This document shows positions 26,179 to 37,360 of a stretch of DNA of 64,000 nucleotides, in pieces. A model generated the notes under the pieces. That model was not told the DNA's origin, did not search any database, and saw nothing but the letters and a program-made list of their open reading frames with translations. This stretch comes from an uncultured Chloroflexia bacterium (GTDB lineage: Bacteria; Chloroflexota; Limnocylindria; Limnocylindrales; CSP1-4): contig OY970218.1 of assembly GCA_963713975.1 (NCBI GenBank), positions 416,001-480,000 on the forward strand. The letters are read 5' to 3'. Position 1 is the stretch's first letter, and each line of letters opens with the position of its first letter. The translations under genes were made by a program, and so were the position numbers.

Positions 26179-27260
26179 GCACGGACCTCCGCTGCGGCGC
26201 ACCGGTCGAGCAGAGCCTGCACGACGGGTCGTGCGGCGCCCGCCGCTCGGAGATGCGCGATGGGTTCTGGGATCCTGATCGTACCTGTCCCGGCCTCCCG
26301 GACGACCAGCCCGTCCGGCCCGCGTTCCACGAGGAGGTCCCCGGCCGCCACGCCGACCGTCGCGCCCGCCTCGACGACACCGCCGTTGATGCCCGACACT
26401 CCGAGCACCTCCAGCAGCGCAGGCCACGTCCCGATGTCGCTCCAGCCGACCTCGAGCCCCGCCATGACGACGTGGCCCGCGGCCCCGGCGGGCTCCATCA
26501 CGGCATAGTCGATCGAACGGGAGGGAAGACCGGCATACGCGGTGGCCAGGTCGCCCGCAGCCAGCCCGGCCGCCACGCCCGCGACCACCTCCGGGGCATG
26601 ACGCTCCAGGGCCGCCCGGATGGCCCTGCGCCGCCACAGGAACATGCCGGCGTTCCAGGCCACGCCGGGCGAGGCGACCAGTGCCTCCGCGTCGAGTGAC
26701 CCAGGCTTCTCGCGAAACGCGGCCAGGGGATAGGCGCGCAGCCCCTGCACGTCCGCACCGTCCTCGACCCGCGGCACGAGGTAGCCGTACTGGGTGGACG
26801 GGCTGGTCGGCTTGATACCCAGCGTGACGAGCGGCGCCTCCACGCCGAACGCGCCCGTGGCCAGGCAGTCCCCGGCCGTCCGCAGCACCGAGCGGAACCG
26901 GACCTCCCGGGCCGGGTCGATCCGGTGGTCGGCCGGCAGGACGATCATGACCTCGTCGTCGTCCCGCTCCACGGCGAGGGTCGCCAGGGCGATCGCCGCC
27001 GCCGTGTTGCGGCCTTCGGGCTCCACGACCACCTCGATGCCCGGCACCTGCTCCCGGACCAGGGGCGCGTACGCCGCCGAGGCGACGACACGGATGTCCG
27101 CGTCCGCCAGGTCCAGCTCGGGCCCGCGCAGGCGTGCAATGGTTCGCTGGAGCAGGGTCTCGCCCGTGGGCAGGAGCGGCAGGAACGGCTTGGGTCGGGC
27201 CGCGGTGCTGAGGGGGCGCAGTCGCGTCCCGCCGCCCCCGGCCATGATCACCACGTACAT
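26175..27260 (-). CDS. manC: Mannose-1-phosphate guanylyltransferase
   Basis: IMAGGGGTRLRPLS, PKPF, EPEGRNTA, LPADH, FREKP, WNAGMF, SIDYAVME, WSDIGTW. Confidence 0.9.
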   Translation of the reverse strand: MYVVIMAGGGGTRLRPLSTAARPKPFLPLLPTGETLLQRTIARLRGPELDLADADIRVVASAAYAPLVREQVPGIEVVVEPEGRNTAAAIALATLAVERDDDEVMIVLPADHRIDPAREVRFRSVLRTAGDCLATGAFGVEAPLVTLGIKPTSPSTQYGYLVPRVEDGADVQGLRAYPLAAFREKPGSLDAEALVASPGVAWNAGMFLWRRRAIRAALERHAPEVVAGVAAGLAAGDLATAYAGLPSRSIDYAVMEPAGAAGHVVMAGLEVGWSDIGTWPALLEVLGVSGINGGVVEAGATVGVAAGDLLVERGPDGLVVREAGTGTIRIPEPIAHLRAAGAARPVVQALLDRCAAAEVRA

Positions 27261-27401
27261 CCCGGCATTCTACGGGGCGGCCCCCGACCGCACGGCGAAG
27301 CCAGAGCCGATCGGATCATCCGCGCGGGACGGAGGACGTGAGATTCGTACCAACCAATGCCGCACAACACGAAATCCGCATGCTTCGGATGCGACATCGC
27401 G

Positions 27402-27430
27402 TTGACTCGAGGCGGTTCGATCCGTACCAT
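27402..27430 (+). promoter_or_regulatory. Sigma70-type promoter of the polyamine ABC operon
   Basis: TTGACT-17 nt-TACCAT. Confidence 0.75.
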
Positions 27431-27479
27431 CCGGGCACCGCTGAACCTGGCCGCTGGCCCCCGAGCCGAGGATGACCGT

Positions 27480-28724
27480 TTGACGAATACGGCGAAACCC
27501 GACGCATCCCCTGCCTACCACCAGCACGTGGCGGACGGGGAGGCCCCCGCGGCCCACCCGGACACCCTTCGCCACCCCGAAGGGCTCCACGCGGACCACG
27601 ACGCCGTCCCGGACGTCGAGATCCTGGACGTCACGAAGCGGTTCGGCGGCGTGGTGGCGGTGGACTCGATGCGGCTCTCGGTGGCCCGCGGATCGTTCTA
27701 CTCCTTCCTCGGTCCATCCGGCTGCGGCAAGACCACCACGCTGCGGATGATCGCGGGCTTCGAGCAACCGACATCGGGCGAGATCTATCTCGCGGGCGAG
27801 CCGGTGGCGGGCGTGCCCCCGTATCACCGGCACGTGAACACGGTGTTCCAGCACTACGCGCTGTTCCCGCATATGGACGTGGCCCGCAACGTGGGCTATG
27901 GCCTGCGCCAGACGAAGGGCACGTCAAAGGCGGAGGAGGCCCGGCGGGTCGGCGAGGCGCTGGAGCTGGTCCGCCTCAGCGGCTTCGAGCGGCGCCGCAC
28001 CTGGGAGATGTCGGGTGGCCAGCAGCAGCGCGTCGCGCTGGCCCGGGCCCTGGTCAACCATCCCACCGTCCTGCTCCTCGACGAGCCGCTGGGCGCGCTC
28101 GACCTCAAGCTGCGCAAGGAGATGCAGCTCGAGCTCAAGGCGCTGCAGCGGGAGGTCGGGATCACGTTCGTCTACGTGACCCACGACCAGGAGGAGGCGC
28201 TGACCATGAGCGACGTCATCGTCGTCATGCAGCATGGCCGCATCCAGCAGCAGGGCGCGCCGGCAGAGCTCTACGAGCGGCCGGTCAACCAGTTCGTGGC
28301 CAACTTCATCGGCGTGTCCAACCCGATCGAGGGGAAGCTGGTCGAGCACAACCCGGCGACCGGCCGTGCCGTCGTCGAGAGCGAGCGCGGCCTGAGACTC
28401 ACCGGCGTCGTCACCGATCCGGACGCGCGGCCCACGATGGGCCAGCAGGTCGTCATCGCAGTCCGGCCGGAGCGCATGCGCGTTGAGCCGGCGGACCATC
28501 GCGCAGCGGCTCCCGACAACGGATGGACCAGCATCGATGGACGCATCCGCCAGGGCACGTATCTCGGCGAGCAGACCGAGTTCCGCATCAGCACGGACCA
28601 GGCGGGCGAGGTCGTCGCCCGTCGCCAGAACGCCAGCGGCGCCACGGAGACGCTGGGCATCGGGCCCGGTGACCCCGTGGTCATCCGCTGGGAGGATTCA
28701 GCGAACTTGATCCTCGTCGCCTGA
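27480..28724 (+). CDS. potA: Spermidine/putrescine ABC transporter ATP-binding protein
   Basis: GPSGCGKTT, VNTVFQHYALFPHM, MSGGQQQRVALARAL, LLDEP and a TOBE-like C-terminus. TTG start follows GAGGA. Confidence 0.92.
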   Translation: MTNTAKPDASPAYHQHVADGEAPAAHPDTLRHPEGLHADHDAVPDVEILDVTKRFGGVVAVDSMRLSVARGSFYSFLGPSGCGKTTTLRMIAGFEQPTSGEIYLAGEPVAGVPPYHRHVNTVFQHYALFPHMDVARNVGYGLRQTKGTSKAEEARRVGEALELVRLSGFERRRTWEMSGGQQQRVALARALVNHPTVLLLDEPLGALDLKLRKEMQLELKALQREVGITFVYVTHDQEEALTMSDVIVVMQHGRIQQQGAPAELYERPVNQFVANFIGVSNPIEGKLVEHNPATGRAVVESERGLRLTGVVTDPDARPTMGQQVVIAVRPERMRVEPADHRAAAPDNGWTSIDGRIRQGTYLGEQTEFRISTDQAGEVVARRQNASGATETLGIGPGDPVVIRWEDSANLILVA

Positions 28725-28749
28725 CGTCCCAGAACCTGGAGGAGCAGAC

Positions 28750-29904
28750 ATGGCCGAGAACCTGGAGGAGATCCTGCAGCGCGCAGCCCAGAACCGCGTT
28801 CCGCGGCGGAGTTTCCTCGCCGCGGCCGGCCTGCTCGGCGGCAGTGCGGCGTTGGCGGCCTGCGGTGGCAGCAGCAGCGCCACGGCGGGGGCGAGCACGG
28901 CTGGCGGCGGTGACGTCGAGAAGCAGCTGTACGTGTACAACTGGTCCGAGTACATCTCGCCCAACAACATCGAGGCGTTCAAGCAGCAGTTCGGCGTCGA
29001 GAAGTTCCAGTACGACATCTTCGCCAACAACGAGGAGCTGCTTGCCAAGCTCCAGGCGGGTGCGACCGGCTACGACATCTCGGCACCGACCGCGGAATAC
29101 GTCCCCGCGATGGTCGAGGGCGGCTACATCCAGAAGCTGGACTGGTCGCGCATCCCGAACGCGCAGTACATCGATCCCGCGTTCAAGGGTCTCGCCTGGG
29201 ATCCCAACGACGAGTGGCAGCTGCCCAAGGACTTCGGCACGACCGGCGTGATGTACAGGTCCAAGCTGGTCAAGGAGCCGCTGACCTCCTGGCAGGAGTT
29301 CTTCGACCTCGCGAAGGGCAAGTACTCGGGCAAGGTCGTCGTCGTGGACTCGATGGGCGACGTGTTCGTGATGCCGCTCAAGATGATGGGCAAGTCGCTC
29401 AACTCAACGGACAAGGCAGACCTCGACGAGGCGCGCAAGATCCTCCTGGACTTCGCGCCCCACGTGCTCGCCCTCGACTCGGACACCTACCAGCTCAAGC
29501 TCGCCAGCGAGGAAGCCGCGATGGCGCTGAGCTGGACGGGCGGTCTCGTCGAGCTGCGAGGAGACCCCGCGACGGCGGACGTCCAGTACATGGTCCCGTC
29601 GGAGGGCACCCTGTTCTGGCTGGACACCTGGGTGATGATCAACGAGGCACCGAACCCGAACGCGGCCTACGCGTGGCTGAACTTCATCCACGACCCGGAG
29701 ATCCAGGCCGAGGAGACGAACTACAACGGCTACGGCACACCCAACGACGAGGCCAAGAAGTTCATCGACCCGGAGATCCTCGCCGACGAGGCGTTCTTCC
29801 CGTCGGAGGCGGCGATGAAGAACCTCGAGGGCGCCGAGGACACGTCGAGCAACCAGCAGCGGATCGACATCTGGCAGGAGTTCAAGTCCGCCATCGGCGG
29901 CTGA
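28750..29904 (+). CDS. potD: Polyamine ABC transporter substrate-binding protein (Tat lipoprotein)
   Basis: RRSFL twin-arginine motif plus LAAC; YNWSEYI, NEELLAKL, GYDI, PSEGTLFWLD, NAAYAWLNF. Confidence 0.92.
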   Translation: MAENLEEILQRAAQNRVPRRSFLAAAGLLGGSAALAACGGSSSATAGASTAGGGDVEKQLYVYNWSEYISPNNIEAFKQQFGVEKFQYDIFANNEELLAKLQAGATGYDISAPTAEYVPAMVEGGYIQKLDWSRIPNAQYIDPAFKGLAWDPNDEWQLPKDFGTTGVMYRSKLVKEPLTSWQEFFDLAKGKYSGKVVVVDSMGDVFVMPLKMMGKSLNSTDKADLDEARKILLDFAPHVLALDSDTYQLKLASEEAAMALSWTGGLVELRGDPATADVQYMVPSEGTLFWLDTWVMINEAPNPNAAYAWLNFIHDPEIQAEETNYNGYGTPNDEAKKFIDPEILADEAFFPSEAAMKNLEGAEDTSSNQQRIDIWQEFKSAIGG

Positions 29905-29943
29905 TGACACACCCGCGGTGACGAGGCCAAAGCCAGCCCAGCC

Positions 29944-30861
29944 ATGATCAATCCCCCGGTCTCAAACGCGGCCACGCCGCAGAGCGCGGGCAAGCCGCGG
30001 CGTGGCCTCAACGCGCTGCTGACGACGCTGCTCATCGCGCCAGCGGGACTGTGGTACCTGCTGCTGCTCGTGGCACCGCTCGCCATCGTCACCGTGTTCA
30101 GCTTCGGCAACCGTGCCAGGAACGGAGGCTGGGAGCCCGCGTTCACGCTCGACAACTACCTCCTGCTGATCGGCAACCCGGATCGCCTGGCGCCGTTCAT
30201 CACGTCGCTGTGGATGGCGGTCATCGGCACCATCGGCTGCCTGCTGGTCGGGCTGCCACTGGCCTACTTCATCGCCAGCCGCGGCGGCAGGCGCAAGGGC
30301 CTGTTCATCCTGCTCATGGTGATCCCGTTCTGGACGAGCTTCCTCATCCGCACCTACAGCTGGTTGATCGTCCTTGGCAAGGACAACCTGGGCGGCCTCA
30401 TCGGGACGATCATCGGTGACCCCGAGTTCCGGATCCTGGGCACCCCGCTCTCGGTGCTGCTGGGCCTGGTCTACGGCTACCTGCCGCTGATGGTCTTCCC
30501 CCTGTACGTGACCCTGGAGCGGATGGACTGGACGCTGGTGGAGGCGTCCAAGGACCTCGGCGCTGCCCGGTGGGCGACCTTCCGCCAGATCACGCTTCCG
30601 GTGGTCCTGCCCGGCCTGATCACGGGCAGCATCCTCGTGTTCATCCCGATGATGGGCGAGTACGTCATCCCCGCGATCCTCGGCTACGGGCGCACGTTCC
30701 TGATGGGCAATGCGCTGGTCGACGCCTTCATCCAGACCCGCAACTGGCCGTTCGGGTCCGCGATGGCAGTCGGCCTGATCCTGATCATGCTGGTCACCGT
30801 CTCGTTCTACGTGTGGTTCGTGAACCGCGGCAGGAGCGGGCGCGAGGTGAGCGTCCTGTGA
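29944..30861 (+). CDS. potB: Polyamine ABC transporter permease
   Basis: IPFWTSFLIRTYSW, YGYLPLMVFPLY, LVEASKDLGA, NWPFGSA. Confidence 0.92.
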   Translation: MINPPVSNAATPQSAGKPRRGLNALLTTLLIAPAGLWYLLLLVAPLAIVTVFSFGNRARNGGWEPAFTLDNYLLLIGNPDRLAPFITSLWMAVIGTIGCLLVGLPLAYFIASRGGRRKGLFILLMVIPFWTSFLIRTYSWLIVLGKDNLGGLIGTIIGDPEFRILGTPLSVLLGLVYGYLPLMVFPLYVTLERMDWTLVEASKDLGAARWATFRQITLPVVLPGLITGSILVFIPMMGEYVIPAILGYGRTFLMGNALVDAFIQTRNWPFGSAMAVGLILIMLVTVSFYVWFVNRGRSGREVSVL

Positions 30862-30871
30862 GCGCCACCCG

Positions 30872-31807
30872 ATGACCGCCCCGGCGATCCAGGCGGCCGG
30901 CGCCACCACCCGGCCGCGGCGCCCGAAGGTCGGTGTGGACCACTGGAACGGCGTGGTGGAGCTCTGGCTCCGGGCCCACACGACGCTGGTCTACGCCTTC
31001 CTGTACCTGCCGATCCTGATCGTCGTCATCTTCAGCTTCAACGCCAACCGCCTGGCGACGATCTGGACGGGCTTCTCGGTCGACTGGTACGCGAAGGCGC
31101 TCGGTGACCAGGTCGTCATCGGCGCGCTCCAGAACAGCTTCTCGGTCGCGCTGCCCAACGCCATCCTGGCCACACTGTTCGGGACGATGGCTGCGCTCGG
31201 CCTCCAGCGCGTGCCCAAGCGGCTCCGCCTGGGGTTCGACGCTCTGACCTACACCTCGATCATCGTCCCGGAGATCGTGATCGCGCTGTCGACGCTGGTG
31301 CTGTTCGCCTCCAGCTTCGGCTGGCTCAACGACCTGACCGGACTGCGGCTGCAGCTCGGCATCCCGACGATCATCGCGGCGCACATGCTGTTCAACATCA
31401 GCATCGTCCTGCTGCTGGTCCGCGCCCGGCTGTCCGGCATGGACCGGACCCTGGTGGAGGCGTCGGGCGACCTCTACGCAACCCCCTGGCGGACCTTCCG
31501 GCAGATCACGTTCCCGCAGCTGCTGCCCGCGATCGTGGCGGGCTTCCTGCTGTCGTTCACCTTCAGCTTCGACGACTACGTGATCACGTCGTTCGTGTCG
31601 GGGCCCGGGTCCTCCACGCTGCCGATCTTCATCTTCGGCCAAGTGAAGCGTGGCGTCAGCCCCGAGACCAACGCCGTCGCGACCATGATGCTGGTGATGA
31701 CGCTCGCCCTTCTCGCGATCGGGCAGCTCGTGCTGTCCCGCAACGCGAGGCGCAGCAGCGGATCTGCCGGCGGCGGCATGGCCGGGATGATCGCCGAGCA
31801 GCGCTGA
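30872..31807 (+). CDS. potC: Polyamine ABC transporter permease
   Basis: FLYLPI, FSFN, PEIVIA, LVEASGDLYA, FTFSFDDYVI, TLPIFIF. Confidence 0.92.
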   Translation: MTAPAIQAAGATTRPRRPKVGVDHWNGVVELWLRAHTTLVYAFLYLPILIVVIFSFNANRLATIWTGFSVDWYAKALGDQVVIGALQNSFSVALPNAILATLFGTMAALGLQRVPKRLRLGFDALTYTSIIVPEIVIALSTLVLFASSFGWLNDLTGLRLQLGIPTIIAAHMLFNISIVLLLVRARLSGMDRTLVEASGDLYATPWRTFRQITFPQLLPAIVAGFLLSFTFSFDDYVITSFVSGPGSSTLPIFIFGQVKRGVSPETNAVATMMLVMTLALLAIGQLVLSRNARRSSGSAGGGMAGMIAEQR

Positions 31808-31825
31808 CCCGGTCCGCGAGGGCGC

Positions 31826-33004
31826 TCAGCCCAGCTCGGGCTCCGGCAGGCCCGCGTCCGCGGCCAGCGCGGCGGCGCGGTCCGTCCGCTCCCACGGCAG
31901 GTCCAGGTCGTCCCGGCCGAAGTGGCCGTAGGCGGCCGTCTGGCGATAGATCGGACGCAGCAGGTCCAGGGCCTCGATGATCCGGGCGGGCCGCAGGTCG
32001 AAGTGGTGGCGCAAGAGCTGCAGGATCCGCTCGTCGTCCACGCGACCGGTCCCGAACGAGTCGACCGAGAGCGACAGCGGCTCTGCGATGCCGATGCCGT
32101 AGGCGATCTCGAGCTCGAACCGGTCCGCGAGCCCGGCCGCCACGACGTTCTTGGCAACCCAGCGCGCGGCGTAGGCCGCGGAGCGGTCCACCTTCGTCGG
32201 GTCCTTGCCACTGAAGGCGCCGCCACCATGGCGAGCCATGCCGCCGTAGGTGTCCACGATGATCTTGCGACCGGTGAGGCCAGCATCGCCCATGGGGCCG
32301 CCCGTCACGAAGCGACCGGTCGGGTTGACGTGCATGACCGGGTCCACTGGACGAAGCGCCTCGGGGATGATCGGCAGGATCACCGCGCCGATGATGTCGT
32401 CGCGGATCCGGTCCTCGGTCCCCTCGTCCTGCTGCGAGGAGACGACCACGGTGCGCACCTGCTTCGGCACGCCCCGCTCGTACTCGACGGTGACCTGCGT
32501 CTTCCCATCAGGGCGGAGGTACGGCAGCTCGCCGGACTTGCGGACCTCGGCCAGCCGTCGGGCGAGGCGATGGGCCAGCGCGATCGGCAGCGGCATCAGC
32601 TCCGGCGTCTCGCGACAGGCGAACCCGAACATCATCCCCTGGTCGCCGGCACCGAGCTCCTTGCGGTCCACGCCCTGGGCGATATCGTGGCTCTGCTCCT
32701 TGATGCTGACGATCGTGCCGCACGTCTCGTAGTCGAACCCGTACTCGGCCTTCGTGTAGCCGATGTCGCGGACGGTATCGCGGACGACGTTCTGGAACTC
32801 GACGTACTTCGTGGTGGTGATCTCGCCGAACACGAGCACCAGGCCCGTGGTAGCCGCGGTCTCGCACGCGACGCGCGCCCCGGCGTCGACGGCCAGGATG
32901 CTGTCCAGGATCGCATCCGAGATCTGGTCGCACATCTTGTCAGGGTGACCCTCGGTCACGGACTCCGATGTGAACAGGTACTGGGACGCGTCGAGGATGC
33001 TCAT
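31826..33004 (-). CDS. metK: S-adenosylmethionine synthetase
   Basis: [49 protein letters not shown]. Confidence 0.97.
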   Translation of the reverse strand: MSILDASQYLFTSESVTEGHPDKMCDQISDAILDSILAVDAGARVACETAATTGLVLVFGEITTTKYVEFQNVVRDTVRDIGYTKAEYGFDYETCGTIVSIKEQSHDIAQGVDRKELGAGDQGMMFGFACRETPELMPLPIALAHRLARRLAEVRKSGELPYLRPDGKTQVTVEYERGVPKQVRTVVVSSQQDEGTEDRIRDDIIGAVILPIIPEALRPVDPVMHVNPTGRFVTGGPMGDAGLTGRKIIVDTYGGMARHGGGAFSGKDPTKVDRSAAYAARWVAKNVVAAGLADRFELEIAYGIGIAEPLSLSVDSFGTGRVDDERILQLLRHHFDLRPARIIEALDLLRPIYRQTAAYGHFGRDDLDLPWERTDRAAALAADAGLPEPELG

Positions 33005-33107
33005 GGGTCTCCGGTCTCGAGCCGCTCTGGGAAGGTCACGGGAGCGTATCACCGCGAGCGGCGATCCCACCTCGGACGCGGCCGTGGGACATCAGTCGCG
33101 TGCGGCC

Positions 33108-35117
33108 TCAGAGCCCGGGGATCTCCAGCGTCCCCACGTCGTCCGCGGGCGTGAACCCGAGCACGCGGCCGAGGAAGGCCAGCTCGGCGCGGTAGACCGC
33201 CATCTTCGTGTCCGCGCGGCGGAAGCCGTGGCCCTCGCCCTCGAACGTCACCGCGACGTACGGGAGCCCCCTGGCACTGAAGGCCGCGACCATCGAGTCC
33301 AGCTGTGACGGGGGCACGACGCGGTCATCCAGGCCCTGGAAGATGAGCAGCGGCGCACGAACCCGGTCCAGGAAGTGGATCGGCGAGCGTGCCCTGAAGA
33401 CCTCGCGACCCTCCGGCGTCCACGGCGCCAGCAGCCCCTCGTCGTACCGGGATTCGAACTTGTGCCCGTCCACGTGGATCAGCTCGAGATCGGCGATGCC
33501 GTAATGGCTGATGCCGGCCGCGAACACCTCCGGACGGAACGTGAGCGCTGCCAGGGCGGTGTAGCCGCCCGCGCTGCCGCCGCGGATCACGAGCCGCGCC
33601 GGGTCAACGGATCCCCGCTCCACGAGGAAGCGTGCGGCCGCGACGCAGTCCTCCACGTCGACGATCCCCCACTCGCCCTTGAGCGCATCACGGTACGGGC
33701 GGCCATAGCCGGTGGACCCGCGGTAATCCACGTCCACCACGGCGATGCCCCGGGAGGTGAAGAACGCCCGGTCCAGCGACAGCGCCGACGAGGCCGCGCT
33801 GGTCGGACCGCCATGCGCCAGCACGAGCAGCGGGGGCAGCTCTCCGGCGGGTGCCCTCCAGGTCTCGTTCGTCGGAGCGAAGTACAGCGCTCGAGCCGTC
33901 GCCCCGTCCGCGGTGGAGAACGCGATCGACTCGGCGACCGGGAGGACCCGGTGGTCCAGGGGCACGGTCAGCGACCGTGCAAGCACCCCGCTTGGCGTGC
34001 CGCTGACCGGATCCAGCCGCATGACCGCCGCACCGTCATGCGGCCCGGACGCGATGGTGACCAGCGCGCTATCAGCCGCCCTCAGCCCCTCGAACTCGGT
34101 GCAGGCGCTGTCCACGTGGGCAGGCGACCCGTCCGGCTCGACGCGCAGGAGGCCGTCGCGCCCATCGGCGCGGGCGACCGCGAGGATGGCCCCGTCGGGC
34201 AGGAAGGCGTACGAGGAGCGACCGAAGACCCAGGCCGGATCGCCCAGCTCGGCGTCCATGGGCGCAAGGTTGCGCGCCGGCCCTTGGAGCCCGTCTGGCC
34301 CGTCGAACGCATACACGTTCCACCAGCCCGTCTCGTCCGAGACGAAGTGGAGCACCCCGGACGGGCTCCACGCAGGCTGCACGATCGAGATGCCCGGCCC
34401 GCCGGCAAGGGTCCGCGGCTCCCCGATGGATCCATCGGCGAGGACTTCCGCCGCCCGGAGGCGGACGGAATCCCAGGGCATCTCCGGCAGGTCCCACTCG
34501 AGCCAGGCCAGCGTCCCGCCGTCGGGCGACGGGCGCGCTCCGGCCACGAAGTCCACCCCGCCGACCAGAAGCCGGCCTTCGGCATCGCTCCCGTCGAGGG
34601 CCAGGCCCACCACCTCGTTGACCACGTGGTCGGGTCGGTCTGGCTCCGCGGCATCGTGCGTCTCACGGATCGCGTACAGCCGCGGGGAGCGCGGGTCGAA
34701 CCACAGGTCCGCGAACCGCCACGGCCCGGCCGGCGTGATCGCCACCGGGTCCGCGACGGCGTCCCGGTCCAGCCGCCAGACGCGATTGTCCGCACCAAGT
34801 GACGCGACGACGATGCCGCCGCCCACCGCGAACGAGCCTCCGCCGTACTCGTGGACGCGCGAGCGCACGTTGAACGGGTCCGGCGTGAGCTCGCGGGTAA
34901 CGCCATCGAGACCGTGGCGCATCAGCGTCCGCCGCCCGCCCTGGGCGGCCCGCGTCTCCAGCCAGTAGGCGTCGTCCCCGTCCAGCCACGGCTCCGCGAG
35001 CCCGATCGCCGTCCCGGCAACGAGCTCCACGTCGATGGGCGACGGCCAGCTCCCGTACGGCGCGACCCGCGGCTCCGCGGTCACCGGCTCGTCGTGGCCG
35101 CGCGCTCCATTCGCCAT
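33108..35117 (-). CDS. S9 (prolyl oligopeptidase / acylaminoacyl peptidase) family peptidase
   Basis: APYGSWPSP, HEYGGG, HGGPT, DYRGSTGYG, GGSAGG nucleophile, QGLDDRVV, EGHGF. Confidence 0.93.
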   Translation of the reverse strand: MANGARGHDEPVTAEPRVAPYGSWPSPIDVELVAGTAIGLAEPWLDGDDAYWLETRAAQGGRRTLMRHGLDGVTRELTPDPFNVRSRVHEYGGGSFAVGGGIVVASLGADNRVWRLDRDAVADPVAITPAGPWRFADLWFDPRSPRLYAIRETHDAAEPDRPDHVVNEVVGLALDGSDAEGRLLVGGVDFVAGARPSPDGGTLAWLEWDLPEMPWDSVRLRAAEVLADGSIGEPRTLAGGPGISIVQPAWSPSGVLHFVSDETGWWNVYAFDGPDGLQGPARNLAPMDAELGDPAWVFGRSSYAFLPDGAILAVARADGRDGLLRVEPDGSPAHVDSACTEFEGLRAADSALVTIASGPHDGAAVMRLDPVSGTPSGVLARSLTVPLDHRVLPVAESIAFSTADGATARALYFAPTNETWRAPAGELPPLLVLAHGGPTSAASSALSLDRAFFTSRGIAVVDVDYRGSTGYGRPYRDALKGEWGIVDVEDCVAAARFLVERGSVDPARLVIRGGSAGGYTALAALTFRPEVFAAGISHYGIADLELIHVDGHKFESRYDEGLLAPWTPEGREVFRARSPIHFLDRVRAPLLIFQGLDDRVVPPSQLDSMVAAFSARGLPYVAVTFEGEGHGFRRADTKMAVYRAELAFLGRVLGFTPADDVGTLEIPGL

Positions 35118-35120
35118 GCC

Positions 35121-36398
35121 CTAGGTCCCGTGCTGCCAGGAGGAGACGTACTCCAGTTGCTCGGGCGTCATGGGATCAAGCGTGATCCCCAGGGCCGCGA
35201 GCTTCAGGCGGGCCACCTCGGCGTCGATCGCCTCGGGCACGACATAGACCCTGGCCTCGAGCTCCGAGTGGTGCTGTGCGACATACTCGGCGGCGAGCGC
35301 CTGGTTGGCAAAGCTCATGTCCATGACCGCCGCGGGGTGCCCTTCGGCGGCACCGAGGTTGACGAGGCGCCCCTCCGCCACGAGGTTCAGCCGCTTTCCG
35401 CCCAGGTCGAACTCCTGGACGTTGGGCCGGACATCGCGAACGTGGCCCTCGGCCATCTCCCGCAGCGACACGAGGTCCAGCTCGGCGTCGAAGTGGCCGG
35501 AGTTGGCCATGATCGCGCCGTCCTTCATCGAGGCGAAGTGCTCACGCCTGAAGACGTTGACGTTGCCCGTGGCGGTGACGAAGAGGTCGCCCCAGCCGGC
35601 GGCCTCGCCGACGGTCATCACCTGGTACCCGTCCATCAGCGCCTCGATGGCCCGAACCGGGTTCACCTCCACCACGGCCACGTGGGCGCCATGCCCCGCC
35701 ATCCGTGACGAGATCCCCTTGCCCACCCAGCCGTAGCCCGCGACGACCACGTTCCGGCCGGCGATCAGGATGTTGGTGGCGCGCAGGATGCCGTCGATCG
35801 TCGACTGGCCGGTCCCATAGCGGTTGTCGAACAGGTGCTTCGTCTCGGCCTCGTTGACGGCCACGACGGGGAAGCTCAGGGCGCCATCGGCCGCCATCGC
35901 GCGCAGGCGGATGACGCCGGTCGTGGTCTCCTCGGTCCCGGCCAGGATCTCCGGCAGCTGGTCGCGGCGCTCCTTGTGCAGCAGCGTGACCAGGTCGCAG
36001 CCGTCGTCCATGGTGATCTGTGGATGCGTGTCCGCGACCGTGCGCAGGTGCGCGTAGTAGGTGTCGTTGGCCTCGCCGCGCCGGGCATAGGTGGCGATGC
36101 CGTACGCCGCGACCAGCGCCGCGGCCGTCGCATCCTGGGTTGAGAGCGGGTTGGACGCCGCCAGGTGGACCTCCGCCCCGCCCGCCTTGAGCGTCCGCAT
36201 CAGGTTCGCGGTCTCCGTGGTGACGTGCAGGCACGCCCCGATGCGCAGGCCGGCGAGCGGGCGCTCGCGCTCGAAGCGCTCCCGGATCAGGCGCAGGACG
36301 GGCATCTCGCGCTCTGCCCACTCGATACGACGAACGCCGTCGTCGGCGAGCGAGAGATCGGTCACGTCGTGGGGGACGATGGCGGCGGCGTCGGTCAT
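35121..36398 (-). CDS. ahcY: Adenosylhomocysteinase
   Basis: [69 protein letters not shown]. Confidence 0.97.
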   Translation of the reverse strand: MTDAAAIVPHDVTDLSLADDGVRRIEWAEREMPVLRLIRERFERERPLAGLRIGACLHVTTETANLMRTLKAGGAEVHLAASNPLSTQDATAAALVAAYGIATYARRGEANDTYYAHLRTVADTHPQITMDDGCDLVTLLHKERRDQLPEILAGTEETTTGVIRLRAMAADGALSFPVVAVNEAETKHLFDNRYGTGQSTIDGILRATNILIAGRNVVVAGYGWVGKGISSRMAGHGAHVAVVEVNPVRAIEALMDGYQVMTVGEAAGWGDLFVTATGNVNVFRREHFASMKDGAIMANSGHFDAELDLVSLREMAEGHVRDVRPNVQEFDLGGKRLNLVAEGRLVNLGAAEGHPAAVMDMSFANQALAAEYVAQHHSELEARVYVVPEAIDAEVARLKLAALGITLDPMTPEQLEYVSSWQHGT

Positions 36399-37357
36399 GC
36401 GGGCTCCTTGGCGGTGTCGTCGGCCACGATTGCGGCAGGCGGCGGGACGGGCTCGGTGGGCATGGGATGGGCCTGGTAGGGCCCCGGCGGCGTGGCGGGC
36501 GGCGGGCGGTGTCCGGCGAAGAGGCGGCGGAAGGCCGCCCCGAGATCGGGCCAGCCGGACGCGGTGCGTCGAGCGAGGCGTTCCTCGAACCGGCAGTGAT
36601 CCTGGTAGCCCAGTCGGGTGTAGGCGGCGATCGCCGGCGGGTTGTCGGCCCGCACGTTGAGCGCGACCTGGTCACACGAGCGGAGCAACTCCGCGGTCAC
36701 GGCGCTGGTGACGGCCTTCGCGTAGCCGCGCCCACGGTGATCGGCGTGGGTCAGGACGTTGCCGACCACGGCCATCCCGACATCCCGGCCGATGACGTGC
36801 GTGCCCGCGGCCGCGATCAGGCGACCGTTGATGCGGATGCCGTAGTAGACCCCTTCGGCGATGGCCGCCGCCGACAGCCAGGCGGCGAAGCCCAGCTGGT
36901 ACAGCCGGTTGAGATCTCCCGCGTCCCCGGGCAGGAGACGCTCGACGCGGTACGGGAAGGGCCGGAAGGTTCCGCGATCCACCCACATGCGGACCATCTC
37001 CGGCCCGGGCTCGATCTTGTAGTGGACCGCAACCGCGGGCAGGACCTCCCGTCGTGCCGCCACGAACGCGGCGCGGGGTCGGACGACGTCACGGAGGATC
37101 GCCGCGATCCCGTCCGGCTCACCCATCACGAACATCGACTGCGGCGTGATGCCGCTGTACTCGAGGGCGACGGCGATCATCTCGTTGCCGTCCGTCGCGA
37201 TCCCCCAGCGCGTCCTCGGGAACTCGCGGTCGCCCAGGTCGCAGATCGCATAGGCGGCGAACAGCCGGTCCCGCTCGAGGAACTCACGCAGGCGCACCCG
37301 GTCCGTGGTGCTCCTGGCAAGCACCGAGCCGCGCGACCCGATCGCGACCGTGGCCAT
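36395..37357 (-). CDS. GNAT (FR47-like) acetyltransferase
   Basis: [16 protein letters not shown] (acetyl-CoA motif A), [23 protein letters not shown] overlap with ahcY. Confidence 0.88.
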   Translation of the reverse strand: MATVAIGSRGSVLARSTTDRVRLREFLERDRLFAAYAICDLGDREFPRTRWGIATDGNEMIAVALEYSGITPQSMFVMGEPDGIAAILRDVVRPRAAFVAARREVLPAVAVHYKIEPGPEMVRMWVDRGTFRPFPYRVERLLPGDAGDLNRLYQLGFAAWLSAAAIAEGVYYGIRINGRLIAAAGTHVIGRDVGMAVVGNVLTHADHRGRGYAKAVTSAVTAELLRSCDQVALNVRADNPPAIAAYTRLGYQDHCRFEERLARRTASGWPDLGAAFRRLFAGHRPPPATPPGPYQAHPMPTEPVPPPAAIVADDTAKEPA

Positions 37358-37360
37358 CGG

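Noticed and set aside
33005-33107. Possible SAM riboswitch before metK
   Set aside because: No SAM-I, II, III or IV core is recognisable, and a TG-n-TACGCT -10 at 33043..33051 leaves a leader of only about 30 nt.
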